From the NCBI GenBank assembly GCA_965249725.1, contig CBDFMQ010000002.1:1568001-1632000 (forward strand): a stretch of 64,000 nucleotides of DNA, given 5' to 3'. Source of the stretch: Longimicrobiales bacterium. GTDB lineage: Bacteria; Gemmatimonadota; Gemmatimonadetes; Longimicrobiales; Gaopeijiaceae. The notes beneath the pieces were generated by a model. The model was given only the letters and a program-made list of their open reading frames with translations, made no database searches and was not told the DNA's origin. Within the stretch, counting starts at the first letter, position 1, and every line of letters starts with the position of its first letter. Below are positions 54,167 to 64,000 of the stretch, piece after piece. The position numbers were made by a program, and so were the translations under genes.

Positions 54167-55181
54167 CGAGCCCTACCTCCCGCCCCAACTCCGCGGAGCG
54201 GTACGCTGCCTGCATCACCTCCATCAGGTGTACCTGCTCCGTCGGGGGAGGCATATCGCCCTCTCCGGCGGCCGCCCGAACGAAGCGATCGAGGAGGCGA
54301 CGGTAGGCGTTGGTGAACGGGTTCTCCCCGCCCCGGGGCTTGGGCTGACGCGGTGTCACGTCCCTCGGACGGTCTCCGAACTGCTTCTGGATCTCCAACG
54401 GCGGCATCGATCCGGATCCGTCGGTACCCATGACCCGGGCATAGTGGCGATCGGCATCGGCGAAGAGGCCCCAGCTCACATCCACGCTGAAGACCATGCC
54501 GGACTCTGCTACGGCGAAGAGAGTCGCGGCGTCCTCCACAGAATCGTCGTCCCCCCGGAGCACCGCGGAGACCCGGGTGATCCGGGGATAGCCCACCACC
54601 CAGAACGCTAGATCGAGGATCTGCACCCCGAGATCCATCAACGCTCCACCCCCCTGGTCCGCGGTCTGGCGCCACGTCGAACGCACCGACGGGGTCTTCC
54701 GCGTCAGCGAGCTCGCTCGTACCGCATAGATCTCACCCAACTCACCCCCGGCCACGAAGGAGGCCAGGGCACCCACGTCGGGGCGGTACCGGTGGTTCAT
54801 CCCGACGGCCAGGCAGCGGCCCGCCGCGCTCGCCGCGTCGAGCACCCTCTGCACTCCCTCCGGAGTGAGCGCCAGAGGCCTCTCAACGAGAACGTGCTTC
54901 CCCGCCTCGAGGGCCGCGATCGCGAGTGACTCGTGTAGGTGGTTGGGTGTGCAGATCACCGCCGCCTGGACATCGTCGTCCTGGATCAACTCCTGGTCCG
55001 ACAGCACCCTGGGAACCCCGAAACGGCTGGCGATCGTCTCGGCCTTTGGAGTATCGGAGTCGGCGACCGCGACCACCGTGGCGTCCTCCCGTTCCGAGAG
55101 GATAGGGAGGTGGACGATCTGGCTGATCGCCCCCATCCCCAGGACTCCGACCCGCATCGGATCGCGGTCCGGCGCGGACAT
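54156..55181 (-). CDS. Gfo/Idh/MocA family oxidoreductase
   Basis: GMGAIS, CTPNHLH, GKHVLVERP, GGGALMDLGVQ. Confidence 0.92.
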   Translation of the reverse strand: MSAPDRDPMRVGVLGMGAISQIVHLPILSEREDATVVAVADSDTPKAETIASRFGVPRVLSDQELIQDDDVQAAVICTPNHLHESLAIAALEAGKHVLVERPLALTPEGVQRVLDAASAAGRCLAVGMNHRYRPDVGALASFVAGGELGEIYAVRASSLTRKTPSVRSTWRQTADQGGGALMDLGVQILDLAFWVVGYPRITRVSAVLRGDDDSVEDAATLFAVAESGMVFSVDVSWGLFADADRHYARVMGTDGSGSMPPLEIQKQFGDRPRDVTPRQPKPRGGENPFTNAYRRLLDRFVRAAAGEGDMPPPTEQVHLMEVMQAAYRSAELGREVGLGEG

Positions 55182-55855
55182 CAGCTGCCCTCCCCCGAGA
55201 CCAGGTCGCCCCAGATGTAGCTCAGGCCGAACCGGAGCTCGACGTAGCGGAGGTCACCCAGGATCTCCAGCTTGCTGCCTCCGTACGCCCGAAAGCGCTC
55301 CGTCATGGGGTATTCCAAGCCCCCATGAACGTTGAAGCCAGCGGATACCGAATCCAGCAGGTCCTCTACGAACGTGCCGTTCACGGCGGGGCCGGATCCG
55401 TTCAGGAAGTGGCCCGACACGCCCACACCGGTCCACAGGAAGAGGTCCATGGGAACCGACCACATGTAGTGCCCGTCCAGGCTGAAGACGATATCGTCCC
55501 GGTCGATGACCCCCAGGTTGAACCCGCCGGGTGGTGGGCTGCCTCCTTGGGCAACGTTGAGTGCTCCGAGCCGTGTCTCGAAGTCCGTGACTTCGTCCTG
55601 AGCCATACGCGAGGTCCAGTAGGCCACGCCCGGTACGATCCTGAAGCCCGGTCCGAGGAACCCCAAGTCGAACCGGAGACCGAAGATCTCCGTGTTCTCT
55701 ACGTTGTTCGCGAAGATGTAACCGCCCTCGAACAGGACCCCGCGGAACGAGAGGTTCGCATAGTCGTAGTCGGCCAACTCCTGACTACGGGCGCCCGTGG
55801 GCGCGAGGATCACCGCTGCTGCCAACGCCGACTTCCACATCGTTGCCGTCCTCAT
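55181..55855 (-). CDS. Exported hypothetical protein, probable outer-membrane beta-barrel
   Basis: Signal-peptide-like N-terminus, alternating amphipathic strands, ends ..ELRFGLSYIW; start uncertain. Confidence 0.6.
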   Translation of the reverse strand: MRTATMWKSALAAAVILAPTGARSQELADYDYANLSFRGVLFEGGYIFANNVENTEIFGLRFDLGFLGPGFRIVPGVAYWTSRMAQDEVTDFETRLGALNVAQGGSPPPGGFNLGVIDRDDIVFSLDGHYMWSVPMDLFLWTGVGVSGHFLNGSGPAVNGTFVEDLLDSVSAGFNVHGGLEYPMTERFRAYGGSKLEILGDLRYVELRFGLSYIWGDLVSGEGS

Positions 55856-55914
55856 CCGAACCTCACCTCCATGTCGCAGCGTTTGCTCTTGAAGCGTGTG
55901 TACGTGACTCACGA

Positions 55915-57198
55915 TCAGCCGACCTCCAACGCCGCCTCACGAACCGCTTGGAGCGTCTCATTGATGACGTCCGGCGTGTGGGCGGTGGATACGAAGCCGG
56001 CCTCGAACGGCGATGGAGCAAGAAACACACCCCGATCCAGGCATGCCCGGTGAAAGCGTTGGAACCTGTCCGTATCCGCCCCCTGGGCGTCCTCGAAGGA
56101 ATGGACGGGACCCTTCCGGAAGAAGACGCCCCACATGGACCCGACCGAGCTTCCCGACGCGGGGATCCCCGCTTCCTCGAGCGCGGAGACGATCCCCGTC
56201 GAGAGACGGCTCGCTGCGGCCTCCAGCTCCGGGAACGGGTCATGCGTCTCGAGATACCCGAGCTGGGCATCACCCGCGGCGGTGGCCAGCGGGTTGCCGG
56301 ACAAGGTACCGGCCTGATAGACAGGTCCGGCCGGGGCCACCTGCTCCATGACGTCGCGACGGCCCCCGAACGCACCGACGGGCAGTCCGCCCCCGATGAC
56401 CTTGCCGAGGGTGGTCAGGTCCGGCACGACCCCGTAGCGCTCCTGCGCCCCCCCAAGTGCGACCCGGAAGCCGGTCATGACCTCGTCGAAGACGAGTAGA
56501 GCACCGTACCGCTCGGTAGTCGCTCGCAGCCCCTCCAGGAACCCCTCAACCGGAGGGATCAGACCCGAGTTCCCCACGACCGGCTCCACGAACACGCTGG
56601 AGATCTCTTCACCTCGCGCCGCGAAGAGCTCTTCTACGGCGGCGAGGTCATTGAAGGGAAGAACCGCCGTCTGAGACGCAGCCGCCTCGGGGACTCCGGG
56701 CGAGTTGGGCAACCCCAGAGTCGCCACGCCGCTGCCCGCGGCCACCAAGAACGCGTCGGCATGGCCGTGATAGCATCCCGTGAACTTCAGCATTACGTCG
56801 CGGCCCGTGGCCGCCCTGGCCAGGCGCAGCGCGCTCATGGTGGCTTCCGTACCGCTGTTCACGAGGCGTACCATCTCCACGCCCGGCACCAGGCGTACGA
56901 TCCGCTCGGCCAGTTCGACTTCGGCGACCGTGGGAGCCCCGTAGGACGTGCCACGATGAAGCTGGCCGGCCACGGCTTCCATCACCACGGGGTGGGCGTG
57001 TCCCAGAATGAGAGGCCCCCAACTCAGCACGTAGTCCGTGTAGCGATTCCCCTCCGTATCGTACAGATAGGGCCCCTCACCTCGCTCCACGAAGAACGGC
57101 GTGCTCCCCACCGAGCGGAAGGACCGGACGGGTGAGTTCACGCCCCCGGGAATCAACTCCTGGGCTCGGCGCCAGATCGCTTCGGAATCACCGGTCAT
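55915..57198 (-). CDS. hemL: Glutamate-1-semialdehyde 2,1-aminomutase
   Basis: PGGVNSPVR, NSGTEA, FDEVMTGFR, GKVIGGGLP, QAGTLSGNP. Confidence 0.98.
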   Translation of the reverse strand: MTGDSEAIWRRAQELIPGGVNSPVRSFRSVGSTPFFVERGEGPYLYDTEGNRYTDYVLSWGPLILGHAHPVVMEAVAGQLHRGTSYGAPTVAEVELAERIVRLVPGVEMVRLVNSGTEATMSALRLARAATGRDVMLKFTGCYHGHADAFLVAAGSGVATLGLPNSPGVPEAAASQTAVLPFNDLAAVEELFAARGEEISSVFVEPVVGNSGLIPPVEGFLEGLRATTERYGALLVFDEVMTGFRVALGGAQERYGVVPDLTTLGKVIGGGLPVGAFGGRRDVMEQVAPAGPVYQAGTLSGNPLATAAGDAQLGYLETHDPFPELEAAASRLSTGIVSALEEAGIPASGSSVGSMWGVFFRKGPVHSFEDAQGADTDRFQRFHRACLDRGVFLAPSPFEAGFVSTAHTPDVINETLQAVREAALEVG

Positions 57199-58673
57199 GA
57201 TCTCACAATCCGGCCGATGAGGTCGTACTCCAGCGCATCGACGATCTCAACGGTGGCAAACTCGCCCGGGGTCAGGCCGGAGTCCGGGTACAGATGGGTG
57301 ACTCCGTCCACGTCTACCGCCTGCCCCACCGTACGAGCGACGCCCACCGGTCGGCCCTCCGCGGCCTCGCCCAGCGGGCCCGGATCGTCCACGACCTCGT
57401 CGATGAGAGCCTGTATCCGGCGACCTACCAGTTCGGCGTTCCGTTCCGTGGAGATCATGCGCTGAAGATCCATCAGCTCTTCGAGCCTCTCTCTCATGAG
57501 GGACTGGGGCACCTGATCGGGCATGTCGGCGGCCGGTGTCCCGTCCTCCACGGAGTACGTGAACGCCCCGACCCGATCGAAGCGCACCTCCTCCAACAGA
57601 TCCAGCATCTCCCGGAAGTCGTCATCGGTCTCACCGGGGAATCCGACGATGACGGTGGTGCGAAGCGTGAGGTCCGGTATCCCGTCCCGGAGCCAGGCGA
57701 CACGTTCTCGGATCACGCTCTGACGCTCCGGTCTCCTCATCGCCTCCAGGATGCGATCGCTGCCATGCTGCAACGGCATGTCCAGGTACGGGAGGATGGC
57801 CGGTTCGGTCGCCATCAGCTCCACGAGCTCCGCCGTGATCCCGGAGGGGTACATGTAGAACAGGCGGTACCACGGCACGTCGGTCTCTTGGACCAACGCC
57901 CGCAGCAGACCCGGCAGGAGCGGAGACGATCGATCCTTCCTCCACAGGTCCCGCCCGTACCAGGTCGTGTCCTGGGAGATGATGTTGAGTTCCTTCACGC
58001 CCTGCCGGCTCAGAGCTTGAGCCTCGGTGACCAGGTTCTCGAGCGGGGCCGAGCGGTGAAGTCCCCGGAAGCTCGGAATCGCACAGAAGGCGCAGGTGTG
58101 GTCACACCCCTCGCTGATCTTGAGGAACGAGGTGTGCGGAGTCTCGATCGACAGCACGCGGAGCGGTCGCTCCATGTTGGGCACGACGTCGACCTCCTCG
58201 AGAAGCAGGCCACGGTCCCGCAACTCGGGGACCAGCGACGCCATCTCCGTGAGGCCCAGGAAGAGATCCACCTCGGGCATCTCCGCCTGAAGCTCCTCCT
58301 TGTAGCGCTGGACCATACACCCCACGGCCACCACGGCCTGAACCTGGCCCTCTTCCTTGAGCTGGCACGCATCGAGAATGGTCTCGATCGATTGCTCCTT
58401 GGCCGCCTCGATGAAGCCACAGGTGTTCACGACGACGACGTCGGCGCCCTCCACGTCGGACGAGACGCGTGCCCCGTGACCCAGCAGGGCCGCCATCATC
58501 TTCTCGGAGTCCACGGTGTTCTTGTCGCAGCCCAGGGTGACGAGCCCGATTCGGGGGCCGTCCTCGGGTCCCACCGGGTCGATGTCCAAGCGCACGGCCT
58601 CGACGTCGGGCGCGACATCGGACCGGACCGGATCCGGCGACAGAGGGAAGACCGGCAGATCCCTGGTTTTCAT
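57195..58673 (-). CDS. rimO: Ribosomal protein S12 methylthiotransferase
   Basis: LGCDKNTVDSE, NTCGFIEAAKEQS, EGCDHTCAFC, TRAM domain with VDG. Confidence 0.95.
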   Translation of the reverse strand: MKTRDLPVFPLSPDPVRSDVAPDVEAVRLDIDPVGPEDGPRIGLVTLGCDKNTVDSEKMMAALLGHGARVSSDVEGADVVVVNTCGFIEAAKEQSIETILDACQLKEEGQVQAVVAVGCMVQRYKEELQAEMPEVDLFLGLTEMASLVPELRDRGLLLEEVDVVPNMERPLRVLSIETPHTSFLKISEGCDHTCAFCAIPSFRGLHRSAPLENLVTEAQALSRQGVKELNIISQDTTWYGRDLWRKDRSSPLLPGLLRALVQETDVPWYRLFYMYPSGITAELVELMATEPAILPYLDMPLQHGSDRILEAMRRPERQSVIRERVAWLRDGIPDLTLRTTVIVGFPGETDDDFREMLDLLEEVRFDRVGAFTYSVEDGTPAADMPDQVPQSLMRERLEELMDLQRMISTERNAELVGRRIQALIDEVVDDPGPLGEAAEGRPVGVARTVGQAVDVDGVTHLYPDSGLTPGEFATVEIVDALEYDLIGRIVRS

Positions 58674-59431
58674 CGGCTCAACACCCGAGCGTCTGCGGGC
58701 GGGACGAAACGGAACTCACTGTCGGGCACCACGACATCGACGCGGATGTCCGTCAGGCGCACCCGCCGGATAGACTCGTTGGCGTCGTGGACGTCCACAC
58801 CGACGATCAGGTCGCTCTCGGCATCGATCCAGACCACCGCCGACCGGAACGCACCAGGATCTCTGGGAGTGACGGTGAGCCTGTGAGCCTGATGTGAGCC
58901 AACATCCTCCTTGCCCACGTATGTGGCATCGAACCGGCCTCTCGGATCCTCCAGGAGGTTCTTGTAGAAATTGAAGCGACCCTCGGCGCCCGCCGCCGCG
59001 AACTTCATGACCTGCTTCGCATCCATGCTCGGATAGAACGTCCACAGGAACTCTCCATCCACCACGACCAGATCGCCTTCCGGCTCGCTGAACCGCATTG
59101 AAAACTCGGCGGGCTGACGCTGGCATAGCGTACCTGCGCCCGATCGGGTCTGTCCCAGCAGGGTGACCTCGATCTCCTGATGGAAGCGGGCGCACAGCGT
59201 CTTCAGCCCCCAGTACATCTCGGACGCGGCCTCGAGCACCTCGTAGGCGCGCTCGTCCTGGGCGACCACCTCGGCCGGGGCCATCGCCATACCTCCGCCC
59301 AAGACGAGAACGGCAGGCAGCAAGAGGAGTCGACCGGCTCTCCATCGATCGCAGCGCTCGAGATCGCGGCTGCGACCCTCGAGACCGTGATCGTGACACG
59401 CGTAGTCGGGGCTGTTCCGTGGCTCCATCAT
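58670..59431 (-). CDS. lolA: Outer-membrane lipoprotein carrier LolA-like (start uncertain)
   Basis: ARFHQ, G.L..QP..F, VVDGEFLW.YP...QV, FRFVPP; downstream of ftsK. Confidence 0.85.
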   Translation of the reverse strand: MMEPRNSPDYACHDHGLEGRSRDLERCDRWRAGRLLLLPAVLVLGGGMAMAPAEVVAQDERAYEVLEAASEMYWGLKTLCARFHQEIEVTLLGQTRSGAGTLCQRQPAEFSMRFSEPEGDLVVVDGEFLWTFYPSMDAKQVMKFAAAGAEGRFNFYKNLLEDPRGRFDATYVGKEDVGSHQAHRLTVTPRDPGAFRSAVVWIDAESDLIVGVDVHDANESIRRVRLTDIRVDVVVPDSEFRFVPPADARVLSR

Positions 59432-59481
59432 GAGCCGTCCATACCCGGTGGGTGTCGGCGCCGTTCCTGCGGACAGGGTCT

Positions 59482-61842
59482 CTAGATCCCTTCGCTCGAC
59501 AGGATGAGGTCGAGCGCGTCCATGCCGACCAGTACCTCCCGGGCCTTGGACCCCTCGGAGGGGCCCAGGATGCCCGCGTCGTGCAGTTGGTCCACGATCC
59601 GGGCGGCCCGGCCATAGCCGATCTTCAGTCGCCTCTGCAGAAGCGATGTCGAGCCCTGTTCGTGCTGAATGCAGACCTCGGCCGCCGCCCGGAACAGGTC
59701 GTCCCACTCGGATGGCCCCTCACCGCCTCCACCAGCCTCTTCCTGCTCGTGGCTCCTGATCTGTTCGAGAATATCGGACTCGTCGTCCGACTCGTCGTCC
59801 TCGTACGCCTGCTCACGGGCCTCGACCCGCTCCTTGTACCAGCCCATCATCCGATCCGTCTCGGGCGTGGAGATATAGGCTCCCTGAATGCGCACGGGTT
59901 CGCTGGTCCCCGGCGGGAGGAAGAGCATGTCTCCGTTCCCCAACAGGGCGTCGGCGCCGTTCTGATCCAAGATGGTGCGGGAGTCCGTCTTCGACGCCAC
60001 GCGGAATGCGATCCTGGAAGGGAAGTTCGCCTTGATCAGGCCCGTGATGACGTTCACGCTGGGCCGCTGAGTGGCCACGATCAGGTGGATGCCGATGGCT
60101 CGGGCCTTCTGTGCGAGGGTCGTGAGCGGCTTCTCGACCTCGCTCTGGACGGTCATCATGAGGTCGGCCAGCTCGTCGACCACGACGACCACGTAAGGGA
60201 GTACACCCTCCTGATGGATCCAGCGGTCAGGATCGTCCTCGGCTCCCTTCGGCTCGAAGCGTCGCAGGACGACCCCGTCTCGCCACCGCGCGTTGAACTC
60301 GTCGATGGAGCGCACGCCGTTTGCGCTCAGGAGCGTGTAGCGGCGCTCCATCTCCAGGACCGCCCATTTCAGCAGCCCCGCGGCGTCCCGGGGATCGGTG
60401 ACCACGCTGTGGCGGAGGTGTGGGAGCATCTTGTAGGTGGAGAGCTCGACCATCTTGGGGTCGACCATGAGCAGCCGGAGCGTCTCCGGAGTGTGCCGGT
60501 AGACCAGGCTCGTGATGATGGTGTTGATACAGATCGACTTCCCGGATCCCGTGGCGCCCGCGATCAGGACGTGGGGCATCTTGCGCAAGTCCGCCACGTA
60601 GGGCTTGCCGTTCAAGTCCTTGCCGAGCGCCAGAGGCAGCTCGGCACGGCTGTTCTGATAGGCCGGAGAGTCCAGGATATCCCGAAGCCGGACGACCTCA
60701 GGCTCAGGGTTGGGGATCTCCACGCCCACGGCGCCCTTTCCCGGAATGGGGGCCACGATCCGAATGCTCTTGGCCTTCATCGCCAGGGCCAGGTCCGCGT
60801 CCAGATTCGCGATCTTGTTGACCTTCACGCCCGGAGCCGGGATCACCTCGTACTGCGTGACCACGGGGCCGGTGGTCCGACCGCCGATCTCGCACTCGAC
60901 ATTGAAGGTACGGAGCTTCTCGACCAGGACGTCTCCCAACGCGTCCAGCTCGCGCTCCATGTCTCCCCGATCCTCCTCCTCCACCGTAGTCATGAACTCG
61001 ACAGGTGGAAGTCCGGTCTCGCTGAGGTCTTCCTTGGGGAGAGGATCGGGCATCATCTCTTCGAGCTCGTCCGCCAACTCACCGCCATCCTCTGTCTCGG
61101 AATCACCTTCAGACTCGACATCAGACCCGGCGAGGCCGGAATCTGCCTCTTCTTCGGCGGGCTCCTCGGCGGGCTCCTCGGCGGGCTTCTCCTCCTCTTC
61201 GGGGGGAGCTTCGTCCTCGCCTTCCAGCAGGTCCATCGGCGGCGTCTGGTCGAGACGTTCCCGCGCCCGCTCGTCCAACCGGGCTTTTACCCCCTCACCC
61301 CAGGTGACGAGCCGAGCCGCGCCCCGAGCCATGACCCCACTCCCTTGTGCCATCGCGTAGGCCAGCGAACGGAGTGGATTCCAGCCCAACGTGCCCACGG
61401 ACAGGACGACCAGGAGAAGCGACAGGAAGAGGACCGCTCCAAGGAACCCCAGGGCCGTGGCAAGAGGCGGACCCGCGAAACCACCCCACGCGCCGACCAT
61501 CTCAGGTCCCTGTCCCAGAACCTGGAGTCCGACCGGAAGGATGAGCATCAGGCCCGCGGACAGCACAGCCAATCGCACGGTCCACCCCTGCGACAGCCAG
61601 TCCCCCGCCCTCAGGCCGGTAACCAACAGCAGGATCGGCACGAAGAAGGCGGAGCCGCCGAGCAGACCTGCGAGGCCACGCTGCGTGGTGCCGCCCACGA
61701 GGCCCATCATGTTCCCCGACGGGAACCAGGCGGCCAGGCGCGGGCCGAGGGCCGCCACGGGCATCAAGGCCGCCACAAAAAAAAGCGCCAGGGCCAGAAG
61801 GCCTGCCGCCATCATATCCCGCTGCTGCTCCCGAGATAGCAT
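59482..61842 (-). CDS. ftsK: DNA translocase FtsK
   Basis: N-terminal TMs, HVLIAGATGSGKS, DELADLM, ATQRPS, gamma domain QRRLKIGYGRAAR. Confidence 0.97.
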   Translation of the reverse strand: MLSREQQRDMMAAGLLALALFFVAALMPVAALGPRLAAWFPSGNMMGLVGGTTQRGLAGLLGGSAFFVPILLLVTGLRAGDWLSQGWTVRLAVLSAGLMLILPVGLQVLGQGPEMVGAWGGFAGPPLATALGFLGAVLFLSLLLVVLSVGTLGWNPLRSLAYAMAQGSGVMARGAARLVTWGEGVKARLDERARERLDQTPPMDLLEGEDEAPPEEEEKPAEEPAEEPAEEEADSGLAGSDVESEGDSETEDGGELADELEEMMPDPLPKEDLSETGLPPVEFMTTVEEEDRGDMERELDALGDVLVEKLRTFNVECEIGGRTTGPVVTQYEVIPAPGVKVNKIANLDADLALAMKAKSIRIVAPIPGKGAVGVEIPNPEPEVVRLRDILDSPAYQNSRAELPLALGKDLNGKPYVADLRKMPHVLIAGATGSGKSICINTIITSLVYRHTPETLRLLMVDPKMVELSTYKMLPHLRHSVVTDPRDAAGLLKWAVLEMERRYTLLSANGVRSIDEFNARWRDGVVLRRFEPKGAEDDPDRWIHQEGVLPYVVVVVDELADLMMTVQSEVEKPLTTLAQKARAIGIHLIVATQRPSVNVITGLIKANFPSRIAFRVASKTDSRTILDQNGADALLGNGDMLFLPPGTSEPVRIQGAYISTPETDRMMGWYKERVEAREQAYEDDESDDESDILEQIRSHEQEEAGGGGEGPSEWDDLFRAAAEVCIQHEQGSTSLLQRRLKIGYGRAARIVDQLHDAGILGPSEGSKAREVLVGMDALDLILSSEGI

Positions 61843-62591
61843 CAGGGGCTCACCTCCGAGCCGCTCGAATCGGGTGACAGCACCTGAATCACCCGATCCT
61901 CCATCTCGGGAACGACCGAGTACCGATCCAGTTGCGCGCAGTGCGTCAGGTCGTCGTGGAACCCGATATCCACGAGGTTCTTGCCTCCGTCCGTCATGGC
62001 CAGGAAGTCGGCTCCGATCCGGAAGCGGTTCGCGAGCTCGAGGGCCGCGTGCCCGGCGTCGTTGAGTTCGATCTCTTCCTCGTTCAGCCCCTGCAGCCGG
62101 TCGATGAGCGCGCCCGCACACACGGCATCGTCGGTAGCGAACCTGCCTTCTCGACCGGCGCACACCACTACCAGGTGCTCCACATCGGTCACCGCCTCGA
62201 CGACGGCGCCGAGGTTGAGGAAGCAACAAGCCAACACGCGATCCGCATCCTCGGCCAGCAGGAACGCCCTGGTTCCGTTGGTCGTACTCATGACGAGGCG
62301 CTTGTCCGCCACACGGTCTGCGACGAACTCCCGCGGGGAGTTTCCGAGGTCGAAGCCCTCGATCATGAGCCCCTTCGACTCACCGCAGAGGAGCGTGTCT
62401 TCCCGTCCCAGCGAGCCCGCCAGTTTCATGGCCTCCTCTGTGGACGCGGCCGGATACACCCCACGAGCCCCGTTCACCAAGGCCTCGACCATGGTGCTGG
62501 TCGCCCTCAGAACGTCGATGACCACAACCGTGTGGTCGACCATGTCGAGCGCCGCAGGCTCTCCGGCACGGAAGAAGACGTCGATCTTCAT
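61842..62591 (-). CDS. comB: 2-phosphosulfolactate phosphatase family protein
   Basis: [23 protein letters not shown]. Confidence 0.9.
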   Translation of the reverse strand: MKIDVFFRAGEPAALDMVDHTVVVIDVLRATSTMVEALVNGARGVYPAASTEEAMKLAGSLGREDTLLCGESKGLMIEGFDLGNSPREFVADRVADKRLVMSTTNGTRAFLLAEDADRVLACCFLNLGAVVEAVTDVEHLVVVCAGREGRFATDDAVCAGALIDRLQGLNEEEIELNDAGHAALELANRFRIGADFLAMTDGGKNLVDIGFHDDLTHCAQLDRYSVVPEMEDRVIQVLSPDSSGSEVSP

Positions 62592-63946
62592 CCCTGGTTC
62601 GCCCGTTCGCTGAGGAAGCGGTCCACGAACCCGGTGTCCACGTCGCCACTGACGAACTTCTCGTCCCGCGTGATCTCCGCCAAGAACGGGATCGTGGTCG
62701 TGATTCCTTCGATGACGAAGGAATCGAGCACGTGCCGCGCCCGGACGATGGCCTCCTCGCGGCTGTTGCCGTGTACGATGAGCTTGGCCAGAAGAGAGTC
62801 GTAGTAGGGCGGTACGTGATACCCGGTATAGAGGTGCGTGTCGAGCCGCACGCCCGGCCCTCCGGGGGGGTGGAACGTGAGGATCGGCCCCGGCGAAGGC
62901 GCGAAGTTGCGTGATGCGTCCTCGGCGTTCACGCGGAACTCGATCGCGTGCCCGCGTAGGCTCGGCGTCCGTTCGGGAAAGGAGAGGGGCTCCCCCGAGG
63001 CCACACGAATTTGCTCCTTAACAAGGTCCAGCCCGGTGATCACCTCGGTGACCGGGTGCTCCACCTGGATCCGCGTGTTCATCTCGATGAAGTAGTACGA
63101 CCCGGATGGATCCAGCAGGAACTCTACGGTTCCGGCTCCCACATAGTCGATGCCCTTGCCGGCCAGCACGGCGTCCTTACCCATCTGCTCTCTCATCTCT
63201 GGCGTGAGAGCGGGTGAGGGAGCCTCTTCGATGAGCTTCTGGTGCCGGCGCTGGATCGAGCAATCACGCTCCCCGAGATGGACTACTCGCCCATGCTGGT
63301 CGCCGAAGATCTGAAACTCGATGTGCCGCGGGCCGACGATGCACTTCTCGAGATAGACCTCGTCGTTACCGAAGGCAGCTTTCGCCTCTGTCTGCGCAGC
63401 CTGCAGCAGCGACGCGAAGCTCTCGGCATCCGGAACGACCCGCATGCCCTTGCCGCCCCCCCCCGCCGAAGCCTTGACCATGACGGGATAGCCGATCTCG
63501 TTGGCGATGCGCGCTGCCTCGTCCGGATCGGATACCACTCCGTCGGACCCGGGAACGGTGGGAACGCCCAACTCGGTCATGGTGCGCCGGGCCGTCGCCT
63601 TGTCGCCCATGGACCGGATCTGGTCCGGAGTGGGGCCAATGAAGACGATGTCGGAACGCTGGCAGATCTCGCTGAACTCCGCGTTCTCCGCCAAGAACCC
63701 GTATCCCGGATGAATCGCCTCGGCGCCGGTCACCTCGGCCGCCGAGATGATCTGCGGGACGTTGAGGTAGCTCTGAGCAGCCGGAGCCGGACCGATGCAC
63801 ACGTCCTCGTCCGCAAACCGCACGTGCAGCGACTCGCGGTCGGCCTCGGAGTAAACCGCCACGGTCTTCACGCCAAGCTCGTGACAGGCCCGGATGATGC
63901 GAAGAGCGATCTCCCCGCGATTGGCGATCAGAACCTTCTTGAACAC
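62588..63946 (-). CDS. accC: Acetyl-CoA carboxylase, biotin carboxylase subunit
   Basis: [43 protein letters not shown]. Confidence 0.97.
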   Translation of the reverse strand: MFKKVLIANRGEIALRIIRACHELGVKTVAVYSEADRESLHVRFADEDVCIGPAPAAQSYLNVPQIISAAEVTGAEAIHPGYGFLAENAEFSEICQRSDIVFIGPTPDQIRSMGDKATARRTMTELGVPTVPGSDGVVSDPDEAARIANEIGYPVMVKASAGGGGKGMRVVPDAESFASLLQAAQTEAKAAFGNDEVYLEKCIVGPRHIEFQIFGDQHGRVVHLGERDCSIQRRHQKLIEEAPSPALTPEMREQMGKDAVLAGKGIDYVGAGTVEFLLDPSGSYYFIEMNTRIQVEHPVTEVITGLDLVKEQIRVASGEPLSFPERTPSLRGHAIEFRVNAEDASRNFAPSPGPILTFHPPGGPGVRLDTHLYTGYHVPPYYDSLLAKLIVHGNSREEAIVRARHVLDSFVIEGITTTIPFLAEITRDEKFVSGDVDTGFVDRFLSERANQG

Positions 63947-64000
63947 TCAGCTCACCTCTGTCAGTGCCACACGGCCGGCGACCAAACCGTAACAAAAACT

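Noticed and set aside
61842..62591. Coenzyme M biosynthesis implied by comB
   Set aside because: ComB-family phosphatases are widespread in bacteria; no comA/C/D/E in the window

Overview
High-GC housekeeping region of about 63 CDSs and one tRNA, almost all on the minus strand. Only an SPFH gene and one orphan ORF are on the plus strand. Gene content and order suggest a Gemmatimonadota-like diderm, but this is inference. From the high-coordinate end the order is accC-comB-ftsK-lolA-rimO-hemL-OMP-gfo-DUF4105(Lnb-like)-lnt; rpmE-prfA-prmC-ylbF-CDP-alcohol phosphotransferase-ino1-tmk-S41; asparaginase II-CMD-obgE-dprA-hemW-hrcA-[MITE]-dnaJ-prmA; yqeY-mutS2-dnaG-Zn-ribbon-recJ-rsmD-coaD-pta; STAS-kinase-GAF/PP2C-rsmA; rex-exonuclease-thiolase-hbd-acyl-CoA DH-Leu DH-glyA; nnr-thiL-plsC-eno-ftsB; tRNA-Met; tilS-hpt-ftsH. 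No prophage, CRISPR or defence island was seen. The best leads are: (1) an Lnb-like DUF4105 protein translationally coupled to Lnt, i.e. two unrelated candidate lipoprotein N-acyltransferases in tandem; (2) a 303-bp MITE-like element with TIRs and a CTA duplication at the hrcA stop codon; (3) a perfect Rex operator over the rex promoter, with rex coupled to an exonuclease carrying a clamp motif; (4) an inositol-lipid gene pair; (5) a structured rpmE leader, leaderless promoters, a Pta with an internal deletion and many in-frame micro-duplications. All calls come from motif recognition by eye; no database searches were run.
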